DNA of 64,000 nt from Ascidiella aspersa. Its lineage: Eukaryota. The first letter of the stretch is position 1; every line of letters starts with the position of its first letter. The position numbers and the translations under genes were made by a program. Shown here in pieces: positions 40,501 to 53,300 of this stretch. The notes beneath the pieces are model-generated. The model made no database searches and had not been told where the DNA came from. It saw nothing but the letters and a program-made list of their open reading frames with translations. The stretch is taken from NCBI GenBank assembly GCA_963924565.1, contig OZ004608.1, positions 26,598,001 through 26,662,000 on the forward strand, given 5' to 3'.

Positions 40501-42358
40501 TTTCACAAATTTAATCTTTTTGCTTGTTTGGTCGCAGAAATCGTCATTTGGTTTCGATTCGTACACTAATACTTTTTCCATAAATTGTTTTCGTATTAAT
40601 ATTATGACGACAAAAAATATTATTTAATCAAGTATAAAGGGTTTTTTCTGACACATGTGTTCAGCGCCGACGTTTCGATTGCCTTTACGGGTAATCTTCT
40701 TCAGGGCAATAAACACGGGTATATACACAGTGAGTCAAAAGAAAAAAAAACAAGAAACAAAAAACAAGGTGGCAAAACGAGGCGAAAAAGGGAAACAAGG
40801 CAAGAATAACGGGAGAACGCAAAAACCGTTTGCGGCCTTTTAATTATTTAATATATGTTTCTAATTGGGATGTCCGAAAATGTGGATCCGGTGCCGATAC
40901 CGGATGCCAGAGGTAGTGCCGGTATTTGCCCTAAACTTATGTAGTATCGCTGATAACAAAATGATATCGGAAATTTAGTCATAGATTACGAATTGCCGCA
41001 GTAATTTCTACTACAAAAGCAATTTTGTCAAAAAATAGTATGTTACCCAATCAAGGTATACGCAAGCAAATTTTGCCCTGGTAACCCGGTAAAGACGCCT
41101 TTAAATGTTTTAATTTGATTTATGTTGCTTGTTTCAACATAGTAATGCAATAGCTTGGTATCGGATCGTTTCGCAATACTTTTTGTTCACAATATCGTGT
41201 ATTGGTATCGCAAAAAAATGTTAAGTATCCGACATCCATAAAACACGAACCACAGTCCATTTGTAACGCTTCATACCTTTAAGCACAGGCTTCCCGGCTG
41301 CATTTCGACTGCACTGGAGCAACTGCTCACTTCCAGCGTTTTGTCGTGCGTCGGGTCTTCCGTGGTTCCCAGTTGCTCTTTCATGGACTGGATTTCACTG
41401 GAGAATCTTGCGAGGTTGTCTTGCACCTTCGTTTTGAGGCTTTCCTCTTCCTCCACCATATTTAGCATGAGATCCTCAAGGAGCGCGTGGACTCTTGAGC
41501 CCCTCTCCATTACCTGGGACAGGGGACGATTTAAAATAAACTGATGCTACGAATAGAACAAGAGCTATAGAGTTGCAAACAAGATAATGTTGTTTTGACC
41601 TTTGCGACATAAATTGTATAGGCAGTAAATGTTTAAACATAAAAATAAATATTTCATATAACAATACATTGTCCAGACTTTACGCAACACATTCTAATCG
41701 GAAAATGTAGAATACGTTTATTTATTTTTAAAACATAACCACTTGCAAACAGCACCACTTTATACGGTAAAACTATTAAATTGCATTGTACTTTGATATA
41801 AATATTTGTACGTTATAATATTAGACGTTTTTTTAATATGAACAATTTTGCTTTGTGATGGGCAAACAATTTCTACCGTTGGCAAATTAACTTACTTATA
41901 TTCTGATTCAAAAATTTATGGCATTTGTTAAGCACGCCAAGTAAAATCATTAGCGAAACTATGTTTATTACACACAAAAATTAAATTATCTTTAAGTGAA
42001 AGTCACAATTTTGGCCCTACTGCGTTTAATGTGTGAACCAATAACCAAGCGTCAATAAATTGGCCGTGAATCGTTAGGGAGCGCATAAACATATTAATTT
42101 TAACAATGAATTTAACTATATCGTTTACAATATAACTTTCGTTGCGTTGTCCCTTAAAAAATCCCTATAAAGGCGTTCACAAAAACCGCAACAGTGAAAC
42201 ATGTTTACGGTTGCGCAAAACATTGAACAAACCTGATCGTCGGAAAGTCCAAGGAATTCCCATATCTCGTTAAGCCGCAGCAAACGGGCGCTCACCAAAT
42301 CTTGAATTTCGGCGATAAACCAATCAGGTTTAAGTGACATAGTACTGTAATTGGACAT
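34555..42358 (-). CDS. PRC1: Protein regulator of cytokinesis 1 (MAP65/Ase1 family), 11 coding exons, about 734 aa
   Basis: Exons 42358-42233, 41513-41277, 40163-39934, 39514-39226, 38880-38695, 38313-38133, 37373-37257, 36089-35742, 35655-35512, 35035-34914, 34779-34555 (2205 nt, in frame). Family signature DPNRLKNRGGTLLAEEKERKKIRQQLPKL, then FFVNGQSLADY; N-terminal LNEIWEFLG; basic Ser-rich tail. Confidence 0.9.
36440..36950. mobile_element. hAT-type MITE nested in an older ATCGG/CCGAT-rich repeat (about 36370-37180)
   Basis: TIRs CAGCGTTTCTCAACC / GGTTGAGAAACACTG; TSD GACTAAGG. Confidence 0.88.
37584..38026. mobile_element. Degenerate hAT-type MITE
   Basis: Ends TGGGAGTCGGCAACC / GGCTGCCGATGCCTT; near-perfect TSD GATTAGAC / TATTAGAC. 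Confidence 0.6.
40657..40716 (-). ncRNA. Minimal type I hammerhead ribozyme (Penelope-like-element type) in PRC1 intron 2
   Basis: Minus strand: GUGUUUA-U-UGCC CUGAAGA A GAUUACC-CGUAAA-GGCAAUC GAAA C GUC GGCG-C-UGAACAC. Core CUGANGA (40704-40698), GAAA (40676-40673) and GUC (40671-40669) are intact; stem I is 4+7 bp, stem II 6 of 7 bp, and stem III is reduced to palindromic ACGU. Confidence 0.8.
40868..41237. repeat. Dispersed ATCGG/CCGAT-rich MITE-like family (related copies at about 18297-18700, 25940-26060, 36370-37180)
   Basis: Ends GGGATGTCCGA / TCCGACATCC; shared GGATCCG..CCGATACC and GTATCGG motifs between copies. Confidence 0.6.
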
Positions 42359-44353
42359 GAACGCTAACCAACTGCTGATCGTTTTTAGTCGAACTAGTGG
42401 AATAAAATTATCGCTCTAACTATGTCTCTTTCCAAAATGCTGTTAAAAATGTTTTTGTGTGTTGATCCGGTGACTGAAAAAATGTCTTATCTTGGTGTAA
42501 CATAAAAAGGCAAAGGTGTAAGATTTAATATGATCGCCACATGTTTTCCTGCCTATTGCAAGTGTTGATTACGTTGGAGCAGTTACAGACACTTTGCGTT
42601 CGCACCTGATCAAAGTGGGCCGTGGCCGAAGGATCTAACGATCAGAACACCTGATCAAAGAAAGTACATTGACAGTTTCTCGTTCTCGCCCTTTAGGGGC
42701 AAACATCGAGCCCTTCGGGCATACTTACAACGGCCTATGCTTCTAATCTATCTTCTTCTGATTTTCTCAACCAAAAGTGTTCTTGCAATGGCTTTTAAAG
42801 TAAAGTGCCGGTCAAATCGCGGTGTCAATCTGTCTTGCAATCATTCTTGTAACTCTCGTGTTGGTTGCTGAGTATGAACTATACATGGCATATATGCATT
42901 TAGTCTACTTTGTTGCATGTTTCTATTTTACGGGTTTCATTTGGCTTTATTATATCTGTCTATATATACAAAAGTTGTTATTGTCGTTCATTTAGAAACT
43001 GATTATGAACGAAATTTCCTTAATGCTCACGAATCTGGCAAAAAATTAAAAATATATATATCTTTCAAGGTTCATTGACTGAGTAATACAAGCTGTACAC
43101 GTCAATGCCTGTTCTGAGTGTAAGACATCTTTTTTACTTAAAACATATACAGTAGAACAATCTAGCCCAATAATTTAAATCCATTACACAACACCTGCTT
43201 ATATCCACTTTATTCAGTTATTTAAAGGCAGCGAGCGTTCGCGCATTCCTTCGAAGAGAACGCGAAACGCGATTTTGCAGCAGTTCCAACACTTACCGCG
43301 AACAATGCTATAAAATATTTTCGCTTTACAAAAAAGGTAAAAAAATATTCACACGTAAACAAACGACAACAGAAACTGTTAATAGAGGTGCGATAAATTG
43401 AAAGCAAAAACAACGCAAAAGCGATAAAATAAGACGGCCTGACGAAAAAAAAATGTTAGAAACTACATCACATAAAGGCGCTTTTAGCAAAGTCGAAAAT
43501 AGTGAGGAGCGTCACTGTCAACCAGATACAATCGGTAAACTTTTCAAGCAATTACCCGAGAGCGGAGATTGAACAGGCGTGCGCATTAGGATCTGTGTTG
43601 ATGCATTACGGCTAAAAGGCGGCTCCAAATTGACGGGCAAATTGGACCAAAAATGATAACGCAATGCCATAAGAACATTGGCAAACTTCGCAGGCAATTA
43701 ATTCTTTCGAGACGGTAACTCGAACAGCCATACGCATTGGGAGGTTAAATTGGCATTCTGCATTTCAAGCAACTTTCGTAAACTTTACAAATATTTATTC
43801 AAACAAACAGAACCGTGGCGTTTCTTTCACTGTTGTTGGATGTTGGTTCCAAACTTTGGGCAAAGATGAAATAACTTCAGGGCGTACGTTTCAAGACAAC
43901 GGCGGTGCGATAAACTTTACACAAGGCAACCCGGCCGCGTTTGAAGAGCTCGCGGCGCGCCACAAAGAAAGCGGCACGACGGTTTTGCGGGCAATTACCC
44001 AAAACGGGATTACCGCTGCCAAAAGTCGGCAGTCGCGCGTTTCAGCCTGGAGCCGGCTGGGTGATGGAGACAGGCGCTTCGTTCTGTACACATCGCCGAT
44101 AAACGGGCACTGGGGTTAGTTTTATTGACGCGCCTCGTCGAAAAATCATTGCGGGGTGACGCGCGCTCCCCACAGACCGCCGTTGGGCGAGTGGGAGGCC
44201 GCGACCCGTGCGTATCGCATGTCAAAGAGGGTTAAGTCGACCCCTGGCCGCCGTCGAGGTTCAGCCAAGCCAAGCTAAGCAGAATTAGCAGCGGCAGCAG
44301 TAAAGTCCGGCTGCCGGTGCGGCCTAACGCGGCGTCTTGCTGCGGCGGGGCGG

Positions 44354-47300
44354 TCATGTGCACGCCTGGCACGCGCAGCGTCTGACTTTCTGCACAACTT
44401 GTGAGATCCGCAAGCCATTGTCGCACCTCATCCTGATGCGTTTAACGCGGAAGCGTAGCGGCCGACAGCAGCGCGGTTCCACGCCGCCAAAAGTGCCGGC
44501 CGCGGCACCGTAGTGGCCTCGGCTGCCGCGCGGCGCCGGACAGCGACTGCCACACACCATGTTCTTGTACTGCCGCTTGCTCCTGCACGTCATCGTTACG
44601 TCAGCGCCGCCGATGGACTTCTTTGTGCGCGTCGCGTTGAAGAACTGCCGGACCAGCGAGCCGCGGCAACTGCGCACCCCTGGGATAATGTAACAAATCA
44701 GCCGGTTAAGAAGCCACTCGACACAGGGGCGATCGCATAGCTGATAACGACACAGGGGCGATTGTTCGTCCATGTTTAGTTGGACACCGCGAGAAAAGGT
44801 CGCGTAACGCACGTGACGCGTGAAGATTGAAGGCGATCAGTGTCGCGGGTCGCGTTTCGTGTCAAACAGCGCAATGTAACGGATAGCGGTTTTCAAAACA
44901 TGGGGGTAACACAGTATAGAAGTTTTAAACTTTTTTCAAAGCATATATATATATATGTATATATATATATTGATCTAAACTATAGATGATGTGTAAGGCA
45001 AAATATAGAAGCCTCTTCTTTTACATCGCGTGAAAATTATTTTCATATCGGATAAGTATTGCTAAAAAATACTTTAACCAAAAGCGTTGACTGCTTTGCT
45101 ATCAACCTTTTATTCTGAAATCGTATTTGAAAAAACATTTAAAAACGCTAAAAAAACGGCTTCTATACATAGGTGTATTCCAATGAATATAATTTGGGAA
45201 AAGAGCGAAAGCAAATTATAGTTGCATTTCACTTCTGCATATTCGCCAGTTGAATATGGCCTAATCATTTAACAGGTAACAAACAAAGAATACTTACGTT
45301 TGTCGCAGAGACGTCCCGAGTAATTTTTCTTGCATTTGCATTTGTATCCGGCCTTGGTGATCTGGCACGTTCCTCGCTTGCAATTCACGTTACTGCAGTC
45401 CGGTCGGTCGCACAGGCGTCCGCCATAGCCTGCAGAAATAAATGAGGTGTTACAAAACATTGAATTATGCCCAAAAGTCTACATTATGACCATATAGGAA
45501 TTAACGTTATCGTGTCGACTAACTAACTATGGTGTGGACCGTCCCTTATAATGGCTTTTGGATATTTATCCGAAACGTCGGACAAGCAAATACATACCAG
45601 AAGAACTTATTTTCAGTACAAGAAATGCATATATGGGAGCTTAGGGGTTGTTTATTAGGCAACAAACGGAGAACAGGCTCACCAGTAGCACATTGGCATT
45701 TGTACGACTTTCCTTCGGGAACGCAGGTACCGTGTTGACAGTCGTGATTGTCGCAGTTGTCTGCTATCTTTGTTTGGCACCTGTCGCCTACATAAACAAT
45801 GGATGTTGCGTGACTTACAAGAAAAAGAATAAAAAGACAGAAAACAAAATGTGAGATAGCAAACACATATAAAACAGCTTAGTTGGATTACTTTGTCAGT
45901 TGTCTATACCCAACGAATTTGAAAATCATGCAAAGAATAAATATTTTTATAATGTTTTAACCTTTTCCAATAATGCTGTATACTTTTGTGGAGTTAATAG
46001 AACTTTTCACAAGAAAAGTTACCAATTTTATAACGCGAGCGAACGTAACATCTTATGAAAAAAATCGACTTTCGGTTCCAAAAACAACTGTAGCTATAAC
46101 GTTATATTTGTATACGTAACATCACCAAGAGATCCAACACTAGCATTAGCAGTGTAAGTCACTTTACCTCCGAATCCGTGATCGCATTTGCAAGTGAGTC
46201 CCGACGAATGGTTAAAGAAGGAGCAGTTGCCTTGCTCGCTGCAGTGTTTTCTCGCGCAGCTTTGGAGGCCGTTCTCCTGCACGCAGCCGGGTCGAATGCT
46301 GGACTGACTCGACACCAGCTCCATGAAGTCGACTTGGGTAGTGTTGATGTACAGCCCATGGATGCAGCCTTCAAATAAGCAATACACGAGTTTTAATGTG
46401 ATTTGTTTTAAAGCTATTTGGGCAAGTCGAAAGCAAAGTTCAAAATTTTAAAACACTTCAACCGAAAATTGTTCACGAAAGAAACACCCGGCCTATTAAC
46501 CTTAGCCTAACATTTTTTTGCGATGTTAATGTATGCAAAAATATTGTACAAGAGCAAATGGTTTTAAAAAATAACCATTGTTATCATATTTTAAAACAGT
46601 TTTGTTGGATGACTGTACACAACTGCGGCGATTTCAAACATAATTATTATCCCTACAACAAAGTCAAGATGTTTCTCAGGCGAAATCGAATAGAAGCACC
46701 GAACATCCTAAAATACTTATTTAAAGAAATGTGTTCATACAGAAAGATCCTTTACCGATAAAACTGGTCGAGTTTCTGATGTGGAGCATTCTTCTCGCCG
46801 ACAGCAAAGTGCTGAGTCGAATTCCTCCCACATAGGAAGAGTTAAGCGACCGGTAGCTCTGGCTTAGATGCTCGCCGGCGCTCGCCCTAACCTCTTTCGC
46901 GCCGTCGATTGTCAACGATATGATTTGACCCTTGATCACCAGTTGCACCTGCAATAATAGAAGTGACGCTTAAACGCTTTGTAAGCTTAAAATCAGTTGA
47001 CACGCTTACTGACAGGCTAGCGGCGCGTCGTAACTCTCTCCATAGTTTAAAGCACTCAAAATTAAGCTCAGAATTGCCACTAAACAGCAAAAAAGAATTT
47101 AGAAGTTTGTTTTCAACTTTAAAACAGCCTGTGACTTTTTAATTAGAGTAAATGACTCACTTTTTAAGTGGGATGTGAAAACAAGCCTGAAAGAGGCTTT
47201 TCGTTCAGTGAGTCATTTAGCAGGCGGTAATTGGCGTAAACAATTAAACTGTGGCAATTGAAAACTAATCGGTCAGGCTTGCTGAGTTTTGCGAGTTGGA

Positions 47301-50300
47301 AAACAACAGTTTTTCCTCACAGTTTTATTGATACGATTTAATTCCACCAGCTGCGTCTATTATTACGTAGTTAACTGTATTGGTATATTTAGTAGATTAA
47401 AATAGTTGCACAGAATTCTTACCGTGTGTGTTTTCCCGTCGTTGATTGGCACCGTGCTGTACAGAGTGGATCCGGGGAAACTCCCCAGATCGACACTGAC
47501 GCGGACGTGGCCCGAGTAAAACTCGATGGCGAGATGTTCACGACTCTCGCTGCTACCCTTGTAGAAAAGCACGCCGAACAACTGAAACACGATTGTTGGT
47601 AAAACAAGGTAAAATTGAGTGGCAAAATTGAAATGTAACCAAATTATATAAAACAACAAAAAAAACAACAAAAACAAGGTAATGCGCATTCGTGATGGTT
47701 GTTGTAGTAATAAAAACAAATAGCATTGTATATATTACGACGTTTCAAAATACAAAAAACTAAGACAATGATTGATTCCCAAAGATGATTTTATATGATA
47801 ATTATTAACATAAATATATGATTTCATTACTAGTACCGAGGAGGAAAAGGGGGCTACTCAATATTCAGGAAATTGCTTTTTACCTTGCTTGTTGAGAGGA
47901 CAATGGTAATGTTAATGTTGTGACCGGATCCGGTGTTGGTTTGGACGTAACTGCCGTTTTTCTGCATGCTGATTCCATGAAGCTAAAAAAGGCAAAACGA
48001 TCAGAAATAAAACGCAAACAGCAGCTACAGAACGACCTTTACCAAGGACACAAAGTGCATTTTTGAAGTTGGTTTTGCCAATGGTAATCCAACACAAAAA
48101 ATATACTAAACTGATACAAACCAACCGTCCCGGTCAAAAAAATTTAAATCAAGTATAGGGCAATAGGGTTTATAACGAAATCCAAAACTACATTACCACA
48201 CACTTAAAAACTAAAAAACGTACACGGGTTAGCCGCACAATAAACGCAACGGTTCCTCGCATACCTTTTCGCATCTCTCGCCAGCGAAGCCGCCCATGCA
48301 CCAGCACTCGTAGCCAGCCTGACCGGGTCGCGTGTAGCACTTGCCGCCGTTCTGGCAGTCGTGGTTGGAGCACGGGTCGTCCTGGATCAGCACGTCCATC
48401 GTCGGCGTCGAGCAATACTCGCCCCTTCGCGATAAACAAGGCGCTATAAACAGTTGACTGAACGGCGCTTCGCGACTGAATTTTTCGAATGCTTTTGAGG
48501 CTAACGCCCTTGAGATATAGCCTTCTTGTTTTCTTCTCCGAAAGTTTTAATGGTAAAAATGTGCCTAGGTGATAGTGTGCGTTTTTGAAAAACGAATGTG
48601 TTTGTAAATAACTAGAACCACTTGGTGAATACGCTTTTTACAGTTTAAACTTTTATATTGTTAAGTGAGCGATTAAAAATTGGCAAAAAATGTTCATTTG
48701 GTTTTATATTACTGATTTTATGGAATTCGCAAAATGTTGTCACCTCAAAATGTAATTATTAAAATTACTCAAGCTGTTCTAAAATATATTGCCTTAATCA
48801 GTCAACCGCGAACTGGATAATCCGGCTCAGAAAACTGCACCAAAATCTCGGCCTGGTTTAGACGGCGCGGCGGCAATCGGCAAACACGGCGGGCAATATA
48901 CCTGTATCCCACGTAGCAGTTGCACTGGTACTTGATTGGCAGGTTGAAATTGACTTTGCAAACACCGTTTTCGCATTTGTGATTCTCGCAAGGCTGCTGC
49001 GCCGTGCTGCAGTTCACTCCGGCGAATCCGCTCGGGCACTCACACCTGTCGGACGGCGATAACATTTTTGTTAAAGTCGTGTTTGCTTTGATAAGCCGGA
49101 GATTTTTAAGCGCCGACTAATGGGGCCGCTTAGACGCTCAGACGTAGGGTTACTTAGGGGCCGATCGGGATCGCCGACCCGCGGGTATTCCCTTGTGTGG
49201 GGGGGGGGGGCAAATGACAAACCATCAGGGACATTAATGTTGCAATCATATTCATAAAACATGGCGCAATGCTTTGTCAATAAGTATAAGTGCTTATTTT
49301 TTTAAATATAGTACAAATTACCTTACGGGCGATAATAATACATATCCATGCTGAAAAAAAGTAATAAGTACTTTAACAGAATAGTTTCTTTAAAAAACCT
49401 ATTGGTTTGTTTTGGTTTGCAAAACATACATGTATTGTAAATAGTAAAACTATAGAAGCTTGTTTACTACACACCCTGAGGCCTTTTATCCCCCTTTGCA
49501 GTCGCGCCAGCCCTACAATAATGTAAATAACAGGGAACAGTACACTCCGAGAAGTGCCGAACCCGCATATTCGAGACGATAAAAGGCACATTTATGACAT
49601 GCTGTGTAAGTCAAATGATGTGGTGCAGAAATCAGCCGAACAATTCGTCAGTGTAAAATAGGCAAAACTGGCAATCCGTGACGGATAATTACGGGGGAAT
49701 TCTGGTATTTTCCAAGCAGTATGGCACACAAGAATGTCCCATTACCTGTAGGACGACGAATCTATGAGCTGCATTTCAACACATCGACCGCCGTTTTGAC
49801 ATGGATTGAGCACATCGCATTGGTTTCTGATCTGAACGTTGCAGTGTTCGCCTTGCCTGAAAATCAAGCGGTGCCAAATTAGGAGATGGCCATGAGATGC
49901 AACTATGCGCGCGTTACAGTAAGAGCATTACGTCGTGTTTGATGCCAGCGTAATCGATCAACGCGGTAGGTAGAACAGTATTAGAGGATAATCACTCTAG
50001 AAATGGCGATACAAAACGGTCATACGAAAAACAAGCTAAATATTTTTTTTGTAACACATAATGATAAATGATGATATGGAACATTGTTTAAAAACGCTGC
50101 ATTGATACGATAACAAAATGTTATCGTAAAAACCTATTACACCGAAGTTGGTTGACTAGTTTAAAAAAGTCACATAAACCTGTCAACAGAATCCTAGCTT
50201 GAAGGTAAAATTAAAAAAATCAACCGACTTGCCCACAAAAGGCACGGACAGCCTATTCGGTTATAGAAGGCAGCTTACCAGCCACTCGGACATTTGCAGG

Positions 50301-53300
50301 TGAACGAGTTAATTTGGTCGATGCAGGTCGCGTTGGCGACCGGACACGGTCTTCCCACGCAATCGTCCACGTCCAACTCACATCTCGTGCCTTGGAAGCC
50401 CTGCCTGCATCGGCACCTGGAAACGAAACAAAAAACCGTCATTGAGACATTTGCAATGACGTTAGGTGTTCAGGTAAGGTAATAAACGCCGAAAAAACAA
50501 ACACTGGACCCCACACGCAAAGCTTGCGCAGTACATTTAGTTGCGACGCTGTTTTTCGCGATTGTCCTTTGCTGCTAAGTTATATCGTGGGAATTACAAA
50601 TACGCGAGAAATGGGATCCGACAAAGAGCGCGCGTCGTTGCGGCGGAGAATAGACTTTTAGCGAATTTTGTGGGAGACCGGGAATGTGGTACAAGGGTTA
50701 ACTGGCTAAGGTTAGGGCAGTGACATTAAAGGGTTGGGTTTCGCGGAATCTCGATCCGGGATTGCCGCTGTTGGCATTTTTGCGCACCGGCGTTGCCCGC
50801 CACCATTTCTGGTCATGTTTATTGCTGTGGGTTACGCGACCCACTCGAATCCGATCCAGACAGCTTACGAAACTACTTAACTCGCTTAAGGCGCCGGCCT
50901 AAAACTTGTTAAACGAGTAGGGAAAGGCGGTAGCTTTCAGCCGCTGTATAAACGCCCACTTTTAAAGTAGAAACTAATCGAAAAGCATTCGTAAGACATA
51001 GAGCACTCTTATATCCTATATCTGAACTAATACTTTGTTTAGACGCACATAAAACCAACATGGGAAGATGATGGAATATAATATCTTCAGAAATCTGGTT
51101 TTGCACATTCGCGTGACGCACTGCTCTCTGTATATAACTTGTAAAGCTAAAAGGCGTGAAGGCATACTCACATGTATCTGATTTCGTCTTTAGCGTGACA
51201 AGTTCCGCCGTTGAGACATGGAGCCAAAACGCACGGGCTGATAGGCATTTCACAATGGCGGCCCTTGAAACCTGAATGACAAAAAGAAAGTCACTCGTCG
51301 GCTTGTTGTATGGGATTTTCGGAATATAAGATTGTTGTACAATATCATTGGCTTACTTTAATACGCACAAAAGGTTTCTTAATTGCTTAAGAACAGAAAA
51401 GATAAAGGGATTATATAAAGCTACCTGGTTGGCACTGGCACTGGTACGAATCGGTGACATGTCTTTTGCACGAGGAGTTGTGCCGACAAGGCGAGGACAA
51501 GCAGGGATTGCACTTCGCCGCGATGGCGATGTCCAAAGGACCTACAATAAACGTAGACTTGAATACGCTGCGATCATCACTAAAAGTGCCGCAATTTTAG
51601 AAACGACAAAAACAACAGAATAGGCAGAGTTAACAAACGAAAAGACTCCCCGGAAGGTCTCACATGCACAAATTAAGAAAAGCGACACGTCAGCGATTAG
51701 TAAGGTGATGATGCAAGCCCACACACAGTACATGAAACTGCATAGTTTTGCAACTAACAATATGTAAACATATTTTAATACCCGAGCATTCCAATCGTGT
51801 TAGGGAGAAAAGTAATCAGCTGATGTGATTTAGGATGCGATCCAAAATGCTTTTGTATGGATTATTATGGGTTTTTGTTTGTTACTTTGGTATTGCCAAA
51901 TTAAGGTTTGCGAAATTAGATAAGGATTACCTCTTTGCCATGAAAAACGTCGCAGGCACTTTTGCAATGCATCTAAGTCACAAAGGATATACATTTGTAA
52001 ATAATAAAGCGACTATTTTACGTACTGTGTGTAGGTCAGTGACTGCTCAGAGGGCATAGCAACGGAATCACACTAAAAGCCAAATGTCAAAAGAGCACCG
52101 TTTCCTTACATAAACACCGATACAAACAATCACACTAATATACATATTTATGTTATATGCTAAAGTCAAGCGAAAAGCACAATTCGCGAAGTTTTGTTGT
52201 GTGCATAAGGTCGCTTGCATGTATAAGTTTCAATATACAATAGTGCAAAGAGCAGTCACTGCAGCTGTCGACGTTAAACTATTATATTTTTTTGTTTCGT
52301 GATATTGTTTGAATGACCATACAATATACGTCATTAACTGTTGATTGTAATAGGTATTTTAATCATGCAAACAAAACGGGCGCAGATATAATGCAGTTGG
52401 TGTGAAGCACACTGCCCAATATGAAGGATACTGTTTTACCAAAATATAAATGCTTGTTTTAATGTACCCTCTATATTTAAGTGTGAGGACTTGAAGCCAA
52501 AATATTATCACCCCTAATTTTGCTCCAAGGATTTGCCCTGGACCAACCGAATAGCTCAATATACAACAAGTGAATGGCAATTAGTCACTTGTGATTCTGA
52601 GTTATTTACGTTTTTGGGCATTTTTAAACAAACTAGATTTCAATTTTTTATCGTCTGCAGAAATCACAGTGTTCATCATAATCTTATTCACAGATCACAT
52701 ATTGCGTATTAAATGTCTACAGCGAACATGATTCAAAGAACTATACAGATATATGTGTGTTGTGTATTTAACCACTCTTAAACTGTGTACTGTTGTATCG
52801 AACATATATGTGTGTGCGACGGAATAATCGTTACAGAAAAGTGGATTAACCGAAACTGACCTCTGCACACGAATGATGACCTTGGGACAGAGGTCAGCAA
52901 ACGTCCTTCCATCCGCGTCGGACCCGAGCATCGCGCGAGACCCATCTGGTCGAAATACTGGGCGAACCACCTCAGGTTACAGTCGCAGTACCACGGATTC
53001 AGACCGAATCCCCTGCGAAAATATCGCGTGTTTAGTCGTTAAGTAATGTTATTTGTTTTATTTGCGACCAAGGCGATTTACATTGACAAGAAAAAATTAA
53101 AAAATATATAAAAATAACGCCGTTACGTTGATTGGCCAAGTATCGTCTCTATAGTTATAATGGTATTTGTTTCATTTGCGACCAACGCGATTCTCATGGC
53201 AAGAAAAAAAGGGGGGGTTACGGCGAATGACCTAGTGTCGTCTCTATAGTTATCTGAGCTGAAATAAACTGCATTATGTACTAGGAACAGTTTTTATAGA

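Noticed and set aside
32284-43220. Slit-PRC1-protease as a tunicate operon
   Set aside because: They share a strand, but the gaps (about 0.85 kb from a putative Slit poly(A) signal to the PRC1 ATG, about 2.3 kb from the PRC1 stop to the next ATG) exceed the abutting arrangement typical of ascidian operons. SL trans-splicing cannot be judged from DNA.
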